In this document: positions 1 through 13,949 of the stretch, in pieces | How the letters are laid out: the number at the start of each line of letters is the position of its first letter | How positions within the stretch are numbered: the first letter of the stretch is position 1 | DNA from: Mobula hypostoma | Taxonomy: Eukaryota | NCBI RefSeq assembly: GCF_963921235.1 | Contig: NC_086097.1 | Coordinates: 163,992,001-164,056,000, forward strand | Direction: 5' to 3' | Length of the DNA: 64,000 nt | Program-made: the position numbers and the translations under genes | The notes under the pieces: generated by a model | The model's input: the letters and a program-made list of their open reading frames with translations, nothing else | Databases searched by the model: none | Told to the model about the DNA's origin: nothing

Positions 1-445
1 ATATGACTTTGTCCAAATTACTTCCATGGGCAGCCAATAAAAAAATTACTGACTGGATCTACTCCGCTGCGTTTCTGTGGCTGGCAAGTTATCAGGTGGT
101 CACCTGCTTGTTTAGTTACTGTACATCTGAGCACATTGGTGTCGTAAGTGTTGTAACACTCCATGGTGCTACACACTAAAGCCCGAATTCACCAGTTATT
201 TACTCAGAGCATCCAATCTAATTTTAATTTGTTGTGTTTCTGCAGGAATGCCTTTCAGGTATTTTGGATGTGTGAGTTATTGGTCCTCTCTGTTTGTCTT
301 TTGCTTGTGGGCTGGATTTTAACCAGGAGGCAAGTTCTCTGTGTGAGGGTGCTGCTGATTTTCTTCTGCAGTGAGGATGTGAATCTGGAAAAGCAGGCTC
401 AACAAATAGCCTTCCAAATTTTATCTGTAAGGTATTCCCTCATAA

Positions 446-905
446 TTGATTCCTGGGATGGCAGGACTTTCATATGATGAAAGACTGGATCAACTAGGCT
501 TATACTTGTTGGAATTTAGAAGATTGAGGGAGGATCTTATTGAAATGTATAAAATCCTAAAGGGATTGGACAGGCTAGATGCAGGAAGATTGTTCCCGAT
601 GTTGGGGAAGTCCAGAACGAGGGGTCACAGTTTGAGGATAAAGGGGAAGCCTTTTAGGACCGAGATTAGGAAAAACTTCTTCACACAGAGAGTGGTGAAT
701 CTGTGGAATTCTCTGCCACAGGAAACAGTTGAGGCCAGTTCATTGGCTATACTTAAGAAGGAATTAGATATGGCCCTTGTGGCTAAAGGGATCAGCAGGT
801 ATGGAGGGTATCCAGGGTTCTGAGTTGGATGATCAGCCATGATCATTCTGAATGGCGGTGCAGGCTCGAAGGGCCGAATAGCCTACTCCTGCACCTATTT
901 TCTAT
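446..905 (+). mobile_element. CR1-clade LINE 3' fragment (HER1-like)
   Basis: ORF 446-823 encodes the CR1 ORF2 C-terminus (LGLYLLEFRRLREDLIEMYKI, TRGHSLRI, FFTQRVVNLWNSLP), followed by a typical 3' UTR ending gaatagcctactcctgcacctattttcta. Confidence 0.85.
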
Positions 906-1004
906 AAGCAGGCTGGAAAACTTCCAGGCTTCACAATCAGAGTGTTAAAGAGCTGTTAAAAGTGTTAAGAGAATGCAAATAATCATGTGACGATGTGGGG
1001 TGTT

Positions 1005-1600
1005 GGTATTTATTATTGTCACATTGAGAGTTTTGTTTTGCAGACATGCAGACAGGTCATGCCATACATAAGTACATTGAGGTAGTAAAAAGGAAAGAGA
1101 ATGGAGAATATACTACAGCAGTTACAGCGAAAGTACGGTGCCGGTAGACAAATGAAGTGCAAGAGGCATGACGAGATTGATTAGGAGATCAACAATTCAC
1201 CATTTAGCATATGAGGGTCTGGTAATAGTAGGATAGAAGCTCTCCATGAGTTTGGTGGTACATGCTCTCAAACTTTTATATCTTCTGCCCAGTGGGGGAG
1301 GGGAGAGGAGGGACTAAGTGGGTGAGTGGGACCTTTGAGTTAACTGCTTTTCCGAGTCAGCAGGGAGTGTCGATGGAGTCAAAGTATATAAGGCTGCTTT
1401 GTGTGATGGACTGGACTGCATTCTCAACTCTCAGTAATTTCTTACAGTTTTGAGAAGAGTAGTTGTCATACCAAGTCGAGATACATTCGGATAGGATGCT
1501 TTCTATGGTGCATCTTTAAAAATTGGTAAGAGTCATCAGAAACATGCTAAGTTTCCTTAATCTTCTGAGGAAGAGTGGTATTCATCTTCCTTGGATATAG
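1005..1600 (-). mobile_element. Old Rex1/Babar-like LINE 3' fragment
   Basis: The reverse complement resembles the ORF end and 3' UTR of the Rex1-like copies at 8830-11700 and 22617-23655 (e.g. ttcctcagaagattaagg). Confidence 0.5.
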
Positions 1601-2684
1601 TGTGCATATAAGGATCAGGGATGGACAGAGGTGTGAATCTAGATTGGGTGGGAGAGCGGCAAAGAATACTCAGATCATGATCTGGTAACAAATAGGCTAG
1701 GAACAAATGATAAAATGGAGAGAGTTGACAAATGTTAGAGGTGGTGATAGACTTTACGGATGGTGTGTTGGATCTGAATGTCTTCCTGCTCTTCCCACCC
1801 CACAGGCCATTCTGCAAAACCACATTCCTCAAGGTGTTACCTTCAGTTGCATGGTTTCCCAAGGCCTGGAAAGCTTGGTTAAATGAAGGGGAACAACTAT
1901 ATTTGATTATTTAAAGACTTGCCTGCGCGGCCCCTGCCCCTCATCCACTTTCATTGAAAGTGACAATGGATAGAATAAGAACTGCTCAGATTCTCTAGTT
2001 TGCTTCACAATATTCCACCTCACTGCATCCACTAAGTTTTTTGAAAATTAGTATTCTGTCCTAAGTACTTAGACTGCTGCAAGTTGTCTTGTCTTGTTGA
2101 TGAATGAAACAGTAACAACTGAAGAAGCCTCTATTAGTTGAATCTGTGAAATAGACACCTCATGTTGAAACACATTTATACCAATTTTATTTGTGGACTG
2201 CACCTTTTTGCTCTGTTTCTTCATGTGTGAACATTGCATTTGTTTTTTTCTGACATTGCCTTGTTATTTTGTATTCTTGCACATACATTTTAACTTCAGA
2301 AAAATAAAACAGCAGTGAATGTAAGCAGTCTTTGGTTACTGAAGCTTAACAATGCAAGAGAATTGTTCAGTTCCTGGTGTTCAGTTCTGTGAAGCCAATG
2401 AAACCAGATGAACAGAGGCTGAGTGTCACTCACACATCAAGTACCAGCAACCAAAGATGAATTTGGTGTGTCAAGTAGATTTGTTTTAACTGAGTAGATG
2501 GGACTGAATTTTGAGACTTCCGGTAGAGCTCATGGAGTGAAGTCGTGTTCTTGACTCGCTCCATTACCTCTGAGTTTTTCTTCTTATGATCAGCTATATT
2601 TTAATTAACCATTAAGGCATCGACTTTTACAATATTTTGAAATAAATTGGGCTCTTTGATAATCGGATGCTTTTAAGGTCTGCT

Positions 2685-3530
2685 ATGTCTAAGAATGGAA
2701 AAAACGGGAAGGACGGCAAACCTCCGGTTAGACCAAAAGGTACCGATTTTCCTCCGACTGAACCACCGGTGACTTTGTAAGCTATATCGGATCTAATTCA
2801 AAGGGAAATTTCAACCTCTGTTACGGAACTGATTCGTGCGGAAATTTCAATTAATTTCCAGAAAATTGCCGATTCAATCGATAAGATACAAACATCTATT
2901 ACGGAACATCGGTCGGCTATATCTGATCTTCAAAAATCCACGCAACAAAATGAACTTAAGATGGAGAAAATCGAAGAAACAATTAATGTAATGAAGAAGG
3001 AACTTGACTTTCTGACCTTTAAAAACTCTGACTTAGAATCCAGAATGCGACGGCAGAATCTTCAAATGATTGGGGTGCGTGAAGCTGTGGAATCTGATAA
3101 CCCCATGAAGTATTTTTCTCAACTTTTAAAAGATGCATTTCCTACTGTATTTCCTGACCAACCACCGTTACTGGATCGTGTTCACAGAGTTCCATCACAC
3201 TCGTCTAAGTCAGATAAACCTCGACATGTCATCTTACGGTTTCATTATTTTCAAGACAAGGAGAAACTGTTTCGTTTCGTTCGATCTAAAGGTTACATTG
3301 ATTTTTTGGATCTTAAGTTCCGATTCGTGGAGGATTTCACTAAACCAATTCGGGATCAACGGGTTCGTTACAGATCTGTGATGTCGGAACTCTACAAGAT
3401 GGATTTAAAACCAGCGCTGCTTTACCCAGCACGTCTAAGGATTCGTACGTTGGATGGAGCCCTCCATTTTTTTGAATCTCCATCGGATGCCCAGAGTTAT
3501 CTGGATCAATTTTCACCTTCAACATCTTAA
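2685..3530 (+). pseudogene. L1 ORF1 (coiled coil + RRM + CTD) with a premature stop
   Basis: ATG 2685 is in frame with ORF 2961-3530. In-frame TAA at 2778-2780. Motifs LESRMRRQNLQMIGV, LDRVHRV, PRHVILRF, LLYPARLRI. Confidence 0.85.
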
Positions 3531-4235
3531 TCGTAATTTTTAACTATTTTCGTTTGATCGGAGGTTGTGAATTTGTTGGCCTTAATTTTTTTTGCCTTAT
3601 ATGGGCAGAAAAGTTTATTTTTGATTAATTAATATGGTTGCTAAACTTTCTTTCTATCTGCGTCATTCCTTTCTTTTTCCCAGGGGATTCTGGGTGGTTA
3701 TTCCCTCAGTGTCATTCTACGTATTTCCTTTGAGGCCTTAAATTTTGTAGTTTTTAAATCTACTTTTTTTTGTAGGTTTTCATAACTAGTTTATGTTAAT
3801 AATTTCATTTCTTTTTTTGCTTATTCATAGGGTCTGGGGTTTGTTGCGGTTTTTTTTTATATTTTCTGGCTTTTTCTCTGTTATATTAAGTGTTTGTTTT
3901 AATTGATTTACTTTTTTATTCTTTTACTGTTTTATAACTAGCTGATCTTTTTTAAATTTACACTTTTTTTTAGGGAGCGTCTATCGGAAGTCATGGGGGT
4001 AGTTTTAGTGCTTGCTTCTTTCTGGCTGGTCTGTTAGATTTAGCCTTGGAGTCATGGGGTGGGGGGTGGTGGGAGGGGCTTCACATTTTAGTTTTTTTCT
4101 TCTTGGGCTATGTACACTATTGAAGTATTGGTTGCGTTCTCCTTCCTGGTATCTCTTATTTGTTCTGTTCCCTTTCCGGGTTCGTGGGTCGAGCCTATCG
4201 TCAATCCTCCTTGTTGCGGGTTGACTTTAGGGTTT

Positions 4236-7200
4236 ATGGAGTCTATTACTAATTTTGTCTCCTGGAATACTAACAGTCTTAACCATCCTATTAAAAGGAA
4301 AGAAGTTTTTAAAGTGTTCCGGAGACTTAAAGCACAAATTTTATTTTTAGAAGAGACCCATGTGCGGAGGGGGGACAGACTACGTTTTTTTAAATTCTGG
4401 AAGGGTCAACACTTCCATTTGAACTCTAACCCTAAGATTCGAGGCGTCTCTATTTTTATAGACTCCTCAGTTACTTTTATACAACATGATATTATCTCTG
4501 ATCCGAATGGTAGATTTCTACTGGTTAGTGGTCTACTATTTAATAAAAAGGTAGTTTTGGTTAATGTTTATGCTCCCAATATGGACTGTCCGGAATTTTA
4601 TAAATCATTATTCAATCAGTTCCTGAATTTGAATGAGTTTTCATTGATCTGGGGCGGAGATCTTAATACCTGTTTATCTCCAGCTTTGGACCGTTCGACT
4701 CCTCTACGGACCTTACCTAACAAATCTGCAACTTTGATTAATTCATTCCTCTCTGATTCTGGGTCAACGGACATTTGGCGTTTTTTGCATCCTCAGGAAA
4801 AAGATTTTTCTTTTTTTTCACATGTTCACCATTCCTATTCAAGAACTGATTATTTCTTTATTGACTCTTGTCTTATTTCTTCAGTGATTAAATGTGATTA
4901 TGACTCTATAACCATTTCGGATCATGCTCCACTTAAGCTTTCTATTAAAATTCAGGCCAATACACAAAATAATAGACAATGGCGTTTTAATTCGCTGTTG
5001 CTTCAGGACTTGGACTTTGTTAACTTTATGAATGAACAGATTGATCTTTTTTTTAACAATCAACTATACAGAGGATATTTCTGTGAACATTCTTTGGGAT
5101 ACTTTTAAAGCTTATATTCGTGGTCAAATTATCTCGTATTCTGCTGCTTTGAGGAAGAAACTGAAGCAGGAGGAGTTGGTAATTGTGGAAAAGATTAAGG
5201 AAATCGATAAGAAATATGTTACAGCTCCCTCTGAGGAGTTATATAAACAAAGAACTGAACTTCAAATGGAACACAGTTTATTACTTTCATCCTCGATTGT
5301 AAACCAATTAAAGAAAACAAGAAGTGAATTTTATGTACACAGTGACAAAATTGGCAAACTGTTGGCTAACCAATTGAAGTCTAATTATGCTAAATCTCAA
5401 ATTAATCAGATTTATAATCAAAATGACCGACTGATACTTGATCATGCGGGGATTAATCAAACCCTCTTTGATTTTTATTCTTCCTTATATCAATCAGGGT
5501 CTCCTCGAGACTCTAAATATATGAATGATTTTTTAGATAACCTAGACTTCCCTGGGATTTCACAGGATATGTCTACTATGCTAGATACTCCCATTACCAG
5601 TGATGGGATTAAGAATGTTATTTCCTCTATGAACTTGGGGAAAGCTCCTGGCCCTGATGGGTTTACCGTAGAATTTTATAAATGTTTTGCACCTTCATTA
5701 ATCCCTTGGTTCTGTAGGGTTTTCAAGGCTTCATTAAAACTTGGTAAACTTCCCGAATCTTTCAATAGAGCGTCAATCTCTCTAATATTAAAGAAGGATA
5801 AAGATCCTGCTCAATGTGCATCTTATAGACCAATGTCTTTATTAAATGTTGATTCTAAAAAATTTTTTCTAAGTCACTAGCAAACAGATTAGAAAAAGTA
5901 CTTCCTTTTATTATTTCAGAAGACCAAACGGGTTTTATTAAAGGTCATTACTCTTTTTATAACATTCGCACACTGTTAAATATTGTTTATACCCCCTCAC
6001 AAAATGTTCCTGAGTGTGTTATCTCTTTAGATGCTGAGAAAGCTTTTGATAGAGTAGAATGACCTTACTTATTTAAGGTGCCTTGAAATGTTTAACTTTA
6101 GCTCGAAATTTATATCCTGGATCAAACTGTTATATCATTCTCCTGTGGCCTCGGTCCGTACTAACTCTCTAAGCTCACCTTTTTTCCCTCTTTTTCAAGG
6201 TACTCGACAAGGTTGTCCTCTTAGTCCTTTATTATTTGATATTGCATTAGAACCTCTTGCAGTTGCCATTCGAGAATCTCCAAATATTACTGGGATAACT
6301 CGGGGCTTAAAGTCCCATAAAATATCACTCTATGCTGATGACTTACTTTTATATATTTCTAATCCTCAAAAATCCATCCCTGCTGTTTTAGAGTTATTAG
6401 CACAATTTAGTCTCTTTCAGGTCATAAATTAAATCTTAGTAAGAGTGAACTTTTCCCGATTAATAAACAACTTCCCTTATATTATAACTTTCTGTTTAAA
6501 TTGATTAATAATTATTTTTCATATCTTGGGATTAAAATTACTTGTAAATACAAAGATTTATTTAAGATTAACTTTTTACCCATAATTGACCATATTATTC
6601 AATTTTCATCTAAATGGTTTCCTTTATATTTAACTTTGATTGGTCATATTAATGCAGTTAAGATGTTTTTTCTGCCAAAATTTCTATATATATTTCAGGC
6701 ATTACCGATTTTTGTTCCAAAATCTTTTTTTGATAAAGTTGACTCAAAAGTTTCTTCATTTATTTGGCAAAATAAAAACCCGAGACTGGGTAAAATACAT
6801 TTACAGAAAGCTAAGAGAGATGGAGGTTTAGCATTACCTAACATTAGATTCTATTATTGGGCAATTAATATTCGACATATGAAATTTTGGTTACTTGACC
6901 AGGATATACTATCCATTCCTAAATGGGTAGCATTGGAATTACAATCTGTTCAGGGCTATACACTTGGCTCTATTTTAGGTTCCTCTCTTCCTTTTGATTT
7001 GAAACGCCTCAAACAGGTATCTAACCCGATAGTTAATTATACCTTATGTATTTGGTTTCAATTCAGAAAATTTTTTGATCTTAACCAATTTGGGCCAGCG
7101 ATTCCTATTTTAGGTAACTTTTTTCCTCCCTCTTTTACAGATCGTGCTTTTCAAATTTGGAAGACTAAGGATATTTCACGGTTTTTGGATTTATTTTTAG

Positions 7201-8012
7201 ATGGTTCCCTTATGTCTTTTGAACAATTATCTAATAAATATAATTTATCAAGAATACATTTTTTTAGATATCTACAAGTTAGAAATTTCCTAAGTACTAT
7301 ACTTCCTTCTTTTCCAATGCTTCCTCCTTCATACATTTTAGATACTATAATTAACCTTAATCCATGTCAGAAAGGTGCATCGGCTATGATTTATAATATT
7401 ATTATGAAACTTAGGAAAGCTCCATTTGATAAGATTAGGGTAGATTGGGAACAGGAATTGGGGTCTATCATTTCCGTGGATGACTGGGGGCAGATTTTAC
7501 AATTAGTCAATACTTCCTCTATCTGTGCTAAACATTCCCTAATTCAATTTAAAGTTGTTCATAGAGCACATATGTCCAAAGATAAATTAGGTCACTTTTA
7601 TTCTCATATTAATCCTTTTTGTGATAGATGTCCGGGGCAGATAGCCTCTTTAACTCATATGTTTTGGTCTTGTCCTACTCTGGAAACTTTTTGGAGAGAC
7701 ATTTTTAATATTATCTCAAAGTTATTGAATATAGATATCTCTCCTCATCCTATTACTGCTATCTTTGGATTACCTAAAATTTCCAGTAATCTTTCTCCTT
7801 CAGCCCGTAGAATGATTGCATTTCTTACTTTAATGGCGAAAAGATGTATCTTACAACATTGGAAAGAGCTTAATGCTCCAACCACCTTTTTTTGGTTTTC
7901 CCAGACGATATTATGCTTGAATTTGGAGAAAATTAGAAGCAATCTTTATGATTCCTCACTTAAATTTGAACAGACCTGGAGCTCTTTTATTCAATATTTT
8001 CATTTAATGTAA
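4236..8012 (+). pseudogene. L1 ORF2 (APE endonuclease, reverse transcriptase, CCHC knuckle), frameshifted
   Basis: SWNTNSL, GGDLN and SDHAP (APE); GKAPGPDG, YRPMSLLN, QGCPLSP and YADD (RT); CDRC-x8-H-x4-C. Split across four ORF-track entries by frameshifts near 5050, 5865, 6085 and 6420. Confidence 0.92.
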
Positions 8013-8829
8013 TTTTTTTTCTTCTCTTTTTTGCTCCATATTTATATACCTTTCTTGTTTTTTTTTACTGTTTTTAATGAGGTCGGGTTTGAGGACGTGA
8101 TTTTAAGTTCTTTAACTCTACTTGGTTCCAAGTTAGCCCATTGCATTGCTTTGCTTTTAGTTAGTTGCACGATGGTTTTTTTTTTCCTTTTCTCTATTGA
8201 TATATATATAAAATTAGTATACTATTATGTTACCTTAGTATGTTATGTTTAAATTACATTGTTTGTATCACTTTTTTTTCTGTATTAATATCTCCTGTAA
8301 TTTTATTATATTCTAACAGTGTATTAGTGCCTATATGGCTTACCTTTTTGTATACTTATTCAATAAAAAGATTTAAAAAGAAAGAAAGAAAGGACTGAAT
8401 TTTGGAATCAGAATACAGTGATGATGTTTTGCATTGAGACTGAAGTCTGGTGAGTTTATTGTTACGTGAACAAGAACAGTGTGATAGAGATACAATATAA
8501 GACTTGCAGCAGCATCACAGGCATGAAGATTCAGACAAAACACAGATGATCAATTGTACATAAATTGTACAAGACTGTGAAGCAAAAAGCTGCATAAAAA
8601 GACACGAAGAAGGATAATTAAAAATAAGTCTATAGTCATGCAAAAGATGGTCAATAAAGTCCTACTGCTGAGGTAGGACTAGAACTGTGCAGGTTGGTTC
8701 AATAACCTGATGGTTGTAGGAAAGTAGCTATTTCTGGACCAGATGGTACTGTTACAAACTAAGAATTTCAATGTGACTGAGCTAATGTGTACTAGAAGGA
8801 TACCAAACTTTAGAGGATTCTACTCAGCA

Positions 8830-11700
8830 TCTTGTTGGCAAATGTACAGTTGCTGGAGGACAAGATTGAGGACCTAAGGGCAAGATTGCTGTATCGGAGG
8901 GAAACAAGGAATTCCTGCATTCAGTGTTTTGTGGAAACATGGCTCACTCCAGACACATTGGTAAGACTCAAAGGCCTCTCAAAATGTGGGTTGTCCGAAC
9001 TGCTGATTCTGAGAAGGCAAAGGATAAGGGTGGAGTGAGTGGGGTGGGGGGGCCTGTGTATCATGATCAGTTCTTTGTGGTGCTCAGATGTGGCAGTTTT
9101 GTTGTACTCTTGTTCCTCTGACGTGGAACATCAAATGATTCAGCGCCATCTGCTCTACTTACCAAAAATGTTCTCCTCCGTGATCCTGACTTCAGCTTAG
9201 ATGCTGCCAAAAACTGACGTTAAATAAGTTCTCAAGATATTGAATGCTGCCATCAAACAAGAAACAGCCCATCCCAACGCATTTCAGATCATTGTCGGGG
9301 ACTAAACTTGTTTGAAAAAATTGCTGCCCAATTATGATCAACTTATAACCTTCAGCACCAGGGGCTCCAATACTCTAGACCACTGCTATACCATGATAAG
9401 GAATCCGTGCCATTCCATGACCAGACCATGTTTCAGGAAATCTAATTACTTCATTGTCCTTCTCACACCTGCATACAGGCAGAGGCTAAAGAGCAAGGCT
9501 CCAAAGATAAAGACTACAAAGAGGGGGCCACCGGAGGCAGAAAAGTGGCTAGGGACACTCTCACTCACGTCAGTGGACTGAGCTGTGTTCAAGGACTCAT
9601 CACAGGATCTGAATGAATACATCACAATTGTTATGGACTTCATAAAAACAATTGATGAATGTGTCCCCACAACAACATTTAGAGTCTTCCACAATCGGAA
9701 GCCAAAGATCAACCATGAGCTTTTCAATCTGCTGGGGGCCAGATCAGTGGCATTCAGATGACCAACTAAGATACAAGAGGTCCATGTATGATCTCCAGAA
9801 AGTTCCACATGCAAAATGTCAACTCTCGACCAAACTTGAATCACTGAAGGATGTTCAATAGCTGTAGCAGGGCTTGAAATCTATTATGTCTTACAGAGTG
9901 AAACCAAGCAACACAGGTGACAACAAGACTTCACTCCCAGATGAGCTTAATGCCTTCTATGCTCGTTTTGACTGTCAAAACATGGAGGAAACTTCATGAG
10001 CTCCCACAGCCCCTGATGACCCTGTGATTTCAGTCCCTGATGCCAACATGACAGCATACTTCAGGAGGGTGAAACCTCAGAAAGCATGTGGCCCCGATGG
10101 GGTGCCTGGCCAAGTACTTAAGACTTGTGCTAATCAACTGGCTGGAGTGCTCACCGGTATTAATAACCTCTCTCTTAAGCAGACTGAGGAACCACCTGCT
10201 TCTAGCAGGCTTCAATATACCAAGACCTAGGAAGAACGTGGTAACTGTCTCAATAACTATTGTCCAGTAGCACTTACATCCACTGTGTTGAAGTGTTTTG
10301 AGAGGTTGGTGATGAAATATATCAACTCTAGCCTGAGAAGCAACTTGGATCCACTTCATTTTGCCTACTGGCACAACAGGTCCCACAGCAGATGCCATTT
10401 CATTAGCTCTTCACTCAACCCTGGAACATCTGGGCAGCAAAGATGCATACATCAGGATGCTCTTTAACAATTACAGCTCAACATTCAATGCTATCATCCC
10501 TCAAAACTAATCAACATACTTCAAGGGCTTGGACTCAATACCTCCTCATGCAATTGGATCCTCAGTTTCCTCACTTTTCGACCCCAGTTAGTTTGGATTG
10601 GTAACAACCTCTCCCCCACAATCTCCCTCAGCACAGGTGCACCACAAGGCTGTGTGCTTACTTTACTCACTTTACACTTATGGCTGTGTGGCTAACCATG
10701 GCTCCAATGCATTATTTAAGTTTACTGACAACATCACTGTTATAGGTCAAATCAAAGGTGGTGTCGAATCAGCATATAGGAGGGAGGTTGAAAATCTGGC
10801 TAACTGGTGTCACACCAGTAACCTCTCACTCAATGTCTGCAAGACCAAGGAGATGATTATTGACTTCAGGAGGAGAAAATCAGAGGTCTATAGGCCAGTT
10901 CTCATCAGGGAATCAGAGGTGGAGAGGGTCAGCAACTTTAAATTCCTCTGTGTTATCATTTCAGAAGATCTGTTCTGGGCCCAGCACGTAAGTGCAATTA
11001 TGAAGAAAGCACGGCAGCACCTCTGCTTCCTCCAAAGTTTACGAAGATTCAACATGACATCGAAAACTTTGACAAACTTCTATTGATGTGTGCTGGAGAG
11101 TATACTAACTGGTTGCATGACAGCCTGGTATGGAAACAACAATGCGCTTGAACAGAAAATCCAACAAAAAGTAGTGGATACGGCCTAGTCTACCACAAGT
11201 AAAATCCTCCCCACCATTGAGCACATCTACAAGGAATTCTGTCACAGGAAAGCAGCATCCATCATCAGGGACCCCCACCACCCAGGCCACACTTCCTTTT
11301 CACTGCTACCGTCACTAAAAGGTACAGCAGACTCAGGAACCACAGTACCAGGTTCAGGAACAGTTATTACCCCTCAACCATCAGGTTCTTGAATCAGTGA
11401 GGATAACGACACTCAACTTCACTCACCCCATTACCGAACTGTTCCCACAACCTATGGACTCTTTTTCAAGGATTCTTCATCCTATTTATTGTTTATTTAT
11501 TATTATTTATTTTTGTTCTTTTGTATCTGCACAGTTTGTTGTATTTTGCAATTGGTAGTTCATCTGTCCTGCTGGGTGTGGTCTTGAATTGAATTCGATT
11601 GTGTTTCTTGAATTTACTGTGCATGCCTGCAAGAAAACAAATCTCAGGTTTGTATATGGTGACATACATGTACTTTGAAAATCAAGTCACTTTGAACTTT
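8830..11700 (+). mobile_element. Degenerate near-full-length Rex1/Babar LINE
   Basis: LANVQLLEDKIEDLRAR / CFVETWL (endonuclease start), TRGSNTLDHCY, KACGPDGVPGQVLK, KFTDN, LNVCKTKEMIIDFRR, KKARQHLCFL; (tttgaa)n-like tail near 11690. Many stops and frameshifts. Confidence 0.85.
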
Positions 11701-12134
11701 GAATTTTGATCTGTAATTTACAGCTGGGCAAGTGCATTTGGTTTCTGGAATAAATAGGGAAAGAAAGTAACTGATATTCATGTTTCTGACCTCTATGCAC
11801 TTGCATGAATGCCTCTGCTGGGGAGGCATAATGTTGCTACCATTTGTGGTGCCATACTGAACGAAATAGCCTGCTGCTGCTCACTGGAGGAAGCTGATTA
11901 CGAAAACATAAGCACTGTTCAAAGACAAGCTTGCACCCATGAAATAAGGGCATTTGCAGAAAATTACGTAGTAACTTTTGGGAGGGATATGTGAACAGAT
12001 AAGTGTACACTTACGATATATGCCCACTTCCTTCATTGCACTGAGTAACTATATGATGTAAAGCAGCCTTGCATATTACCCACCATGAAATTCCGGCCTT
12101 CCAGAATTCATCTCCACCCAATTTTGGAGGTTCA

Positions 12135-12540
12135 CGAAAATGATTCTGGGAATAAAAGAGTTAACATGTGAGGATTGTTTGATGACTCTGGGCCTGTGCT
12201 CGATGGAGTTAAGAAGAATGAGGGGAATCTCAGTGAAATATATCGAAAATTGAAAGGCTTAGATAGAGTGGATGAGGGGAGGATGTTTCCTACAATGGGG
12301 GAGTGAACAGGGACATCCATTTAAAACAGAGACGAGGAGGAATTTCTTTTGTCGGAAGGTAGTAAATCTGTGGAATTCATTGCCATGGATGGTTGATAGA
12401 TTCTTGATAAGCCAGAATGTCAAAGTTTACAGGGAGAAGGCAAGAGAATGGGTTTGAGAGGAATAATAAATCAGCCATGATGAAATGGAGGAGCAGACTC
12501 AATAGACCAAATGGCCGAATTCTGCTCTTATGTCTTATTT
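12135..12540 (+). mobile_element. CR1 LINE 3' fragment
   Basis: RRNFFCRKVVNLWNSLP motif and CR1-type 3' UTR. Confidence 0.75.
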
Positions 12541-13309
12541 TCATTTTCAATTAACTTAAGTTCATCTTCATGATTTGAAGGACATAGGTAATCTGTTGAA
12601 TGGCAACACACTTTGCTCTAATGCTGAATGAACAAACCTTTCCTTCCGATTCATTTACAGATGTGGAACAAAACTGGCTAGTTTACACAGCTATTCAGAA
12701 AACTAAGTAGAAATTAAGTAGAAAGGAAAGACTGAATTTGCCAATACTTTTTGAAATGTGATTAAATAGACTTATGTATTGAAAGTGGCTTTAAGATTGA
12801 CTGGCCTTGGAGAGAGATTGCTGCTAAGGTCTGTATTAACCACCATTTTTATTGTAGATATCAGTTTTCCTCAGTAGGTCATGAAAAAAGTTCAAATTCT
12901 GATGGTTTGTTCACTACCTGGAAATGCATAGATGTTAAATCAGTAATTTAACCACCCTGATCTATGAAATGATTGCTGCTGGACATCAATCTGCATATAT
13001 TCTATGACTGGACTAAGAATAAAAAATATATTAATTGTGCATTTGGAATTTGACACTACTGTATCCCATGACCACAACGTTTTAAAGGGGAACTATTTTG
13101 TTTAATGGAAAATAGTTCTGCATATGTATTAGTAATAATTTATTGAGATTGTTGCCTTGCTGTACATTCTGCACATTTGATTCTAGATTTTTCAGAAAGT
13201 AATATTATAATCCTGACAGATGTCAAAATGTTTTACTGGATTATGATGAAATCACTTCTCAACTCCACAGCTATTTTATCACTCCTCTTTCTTATAACTC
13301 TCCAAACAG

Positions 13310-13511
13310 GTCTCCTACACTGCCATCAGCTCATTTGAGCCTGAGATTGACTTATCGAACCAAAGTGGTCGAGTGTTCAAGTTAGGAAATGAGACCCATC
13401 ACTTGTTTGTTGGCTTGCACCCAGGAACAACCTATTCATTTACCCTCCGTGCCAGTACTGTCAAAGGCTATGGGCTCCCCATCACAAAGTCCTTCACTAC
13501 AAAGATATCAG
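13310..13511 (+). CDS. PTPRM: Internal coding exon (FN3 region) of a type IIB receptor protein tyrosine phosphatase, PTPRM-like
   Basis: Pyrimidine tract + cAG acceptor (13308-13309) and G|GTATGG donor (13512). 202 nt, phase 0 to 1. Reads [78 protein letters not shown] matches PTPRM as I recall it; the paralog PTPRT is the alternative. Not in the ORF track because it lacks an in-frame start. Confidence 0.9.
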
Positions 13512-13949
13512 GTATGGACGTCCCAACACGTTTTCATACGTATTTCTGTTGATTATCATCTGTGTTAAACATTTTGTTTCAGAGGAAAGAAAAATACTTA
13601 AGGTTCAGACTTTCGGAGGATCTATAAAGCAAAACACATTTGATGCTTCAACTCAAAACATTAAGTCTGTTTCTCCCTCCACAGATTCAGCCTGAATTAC
13701 TATTTCTGTTTTATTTTACATTAAAGACAAAGTTCTAGAAAAGAAATACTGCAAGCCCCAGTCTTATTTTTTGAACTTTTCCTATCTTGTTCTTAACAAG
13801 GATGTGAAGCCAGCTGTTTGAGGGTGTTTAGTTGGATGACGAATGTACATTTCACTCTTGTTTAACATCAATAAATTATTCAGTATAATTCACCCATTGT
13901 GTTGCTTAATTCCGAATGATAACACAGATGGTTGAGAAGGTAAGAACAC

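Larger units (their letters stand above)
2514..8391 (+). mobile_element. Full-length L1-clade LINE, disabled
   Basis: 13-bp TSD ggactgaattttg at 2501-2513 and 8392-8404. Contains a 5' UTR starting agacttccgg, ORF1, a ~700-nt spacer, ORF2 (APE, RT, CCHC), AATAAA at 8362 and an (aaag)n tail. Confidence 0.95.

Noticed and set aside
163..477. 104-aa hydrophobic ORF and the many other 60-160 aa ORFs in AT-rich DNA
   Set aside because: No recognisable domains; consistent with random or antisense-TE ORFs.
2514..8391. Active autonomous L1
   Set aside because: ORF1 nonsense codon at 2778 and at least four ORF2 frameshifts, though some homopolymer frameshifts could be assembly errors.
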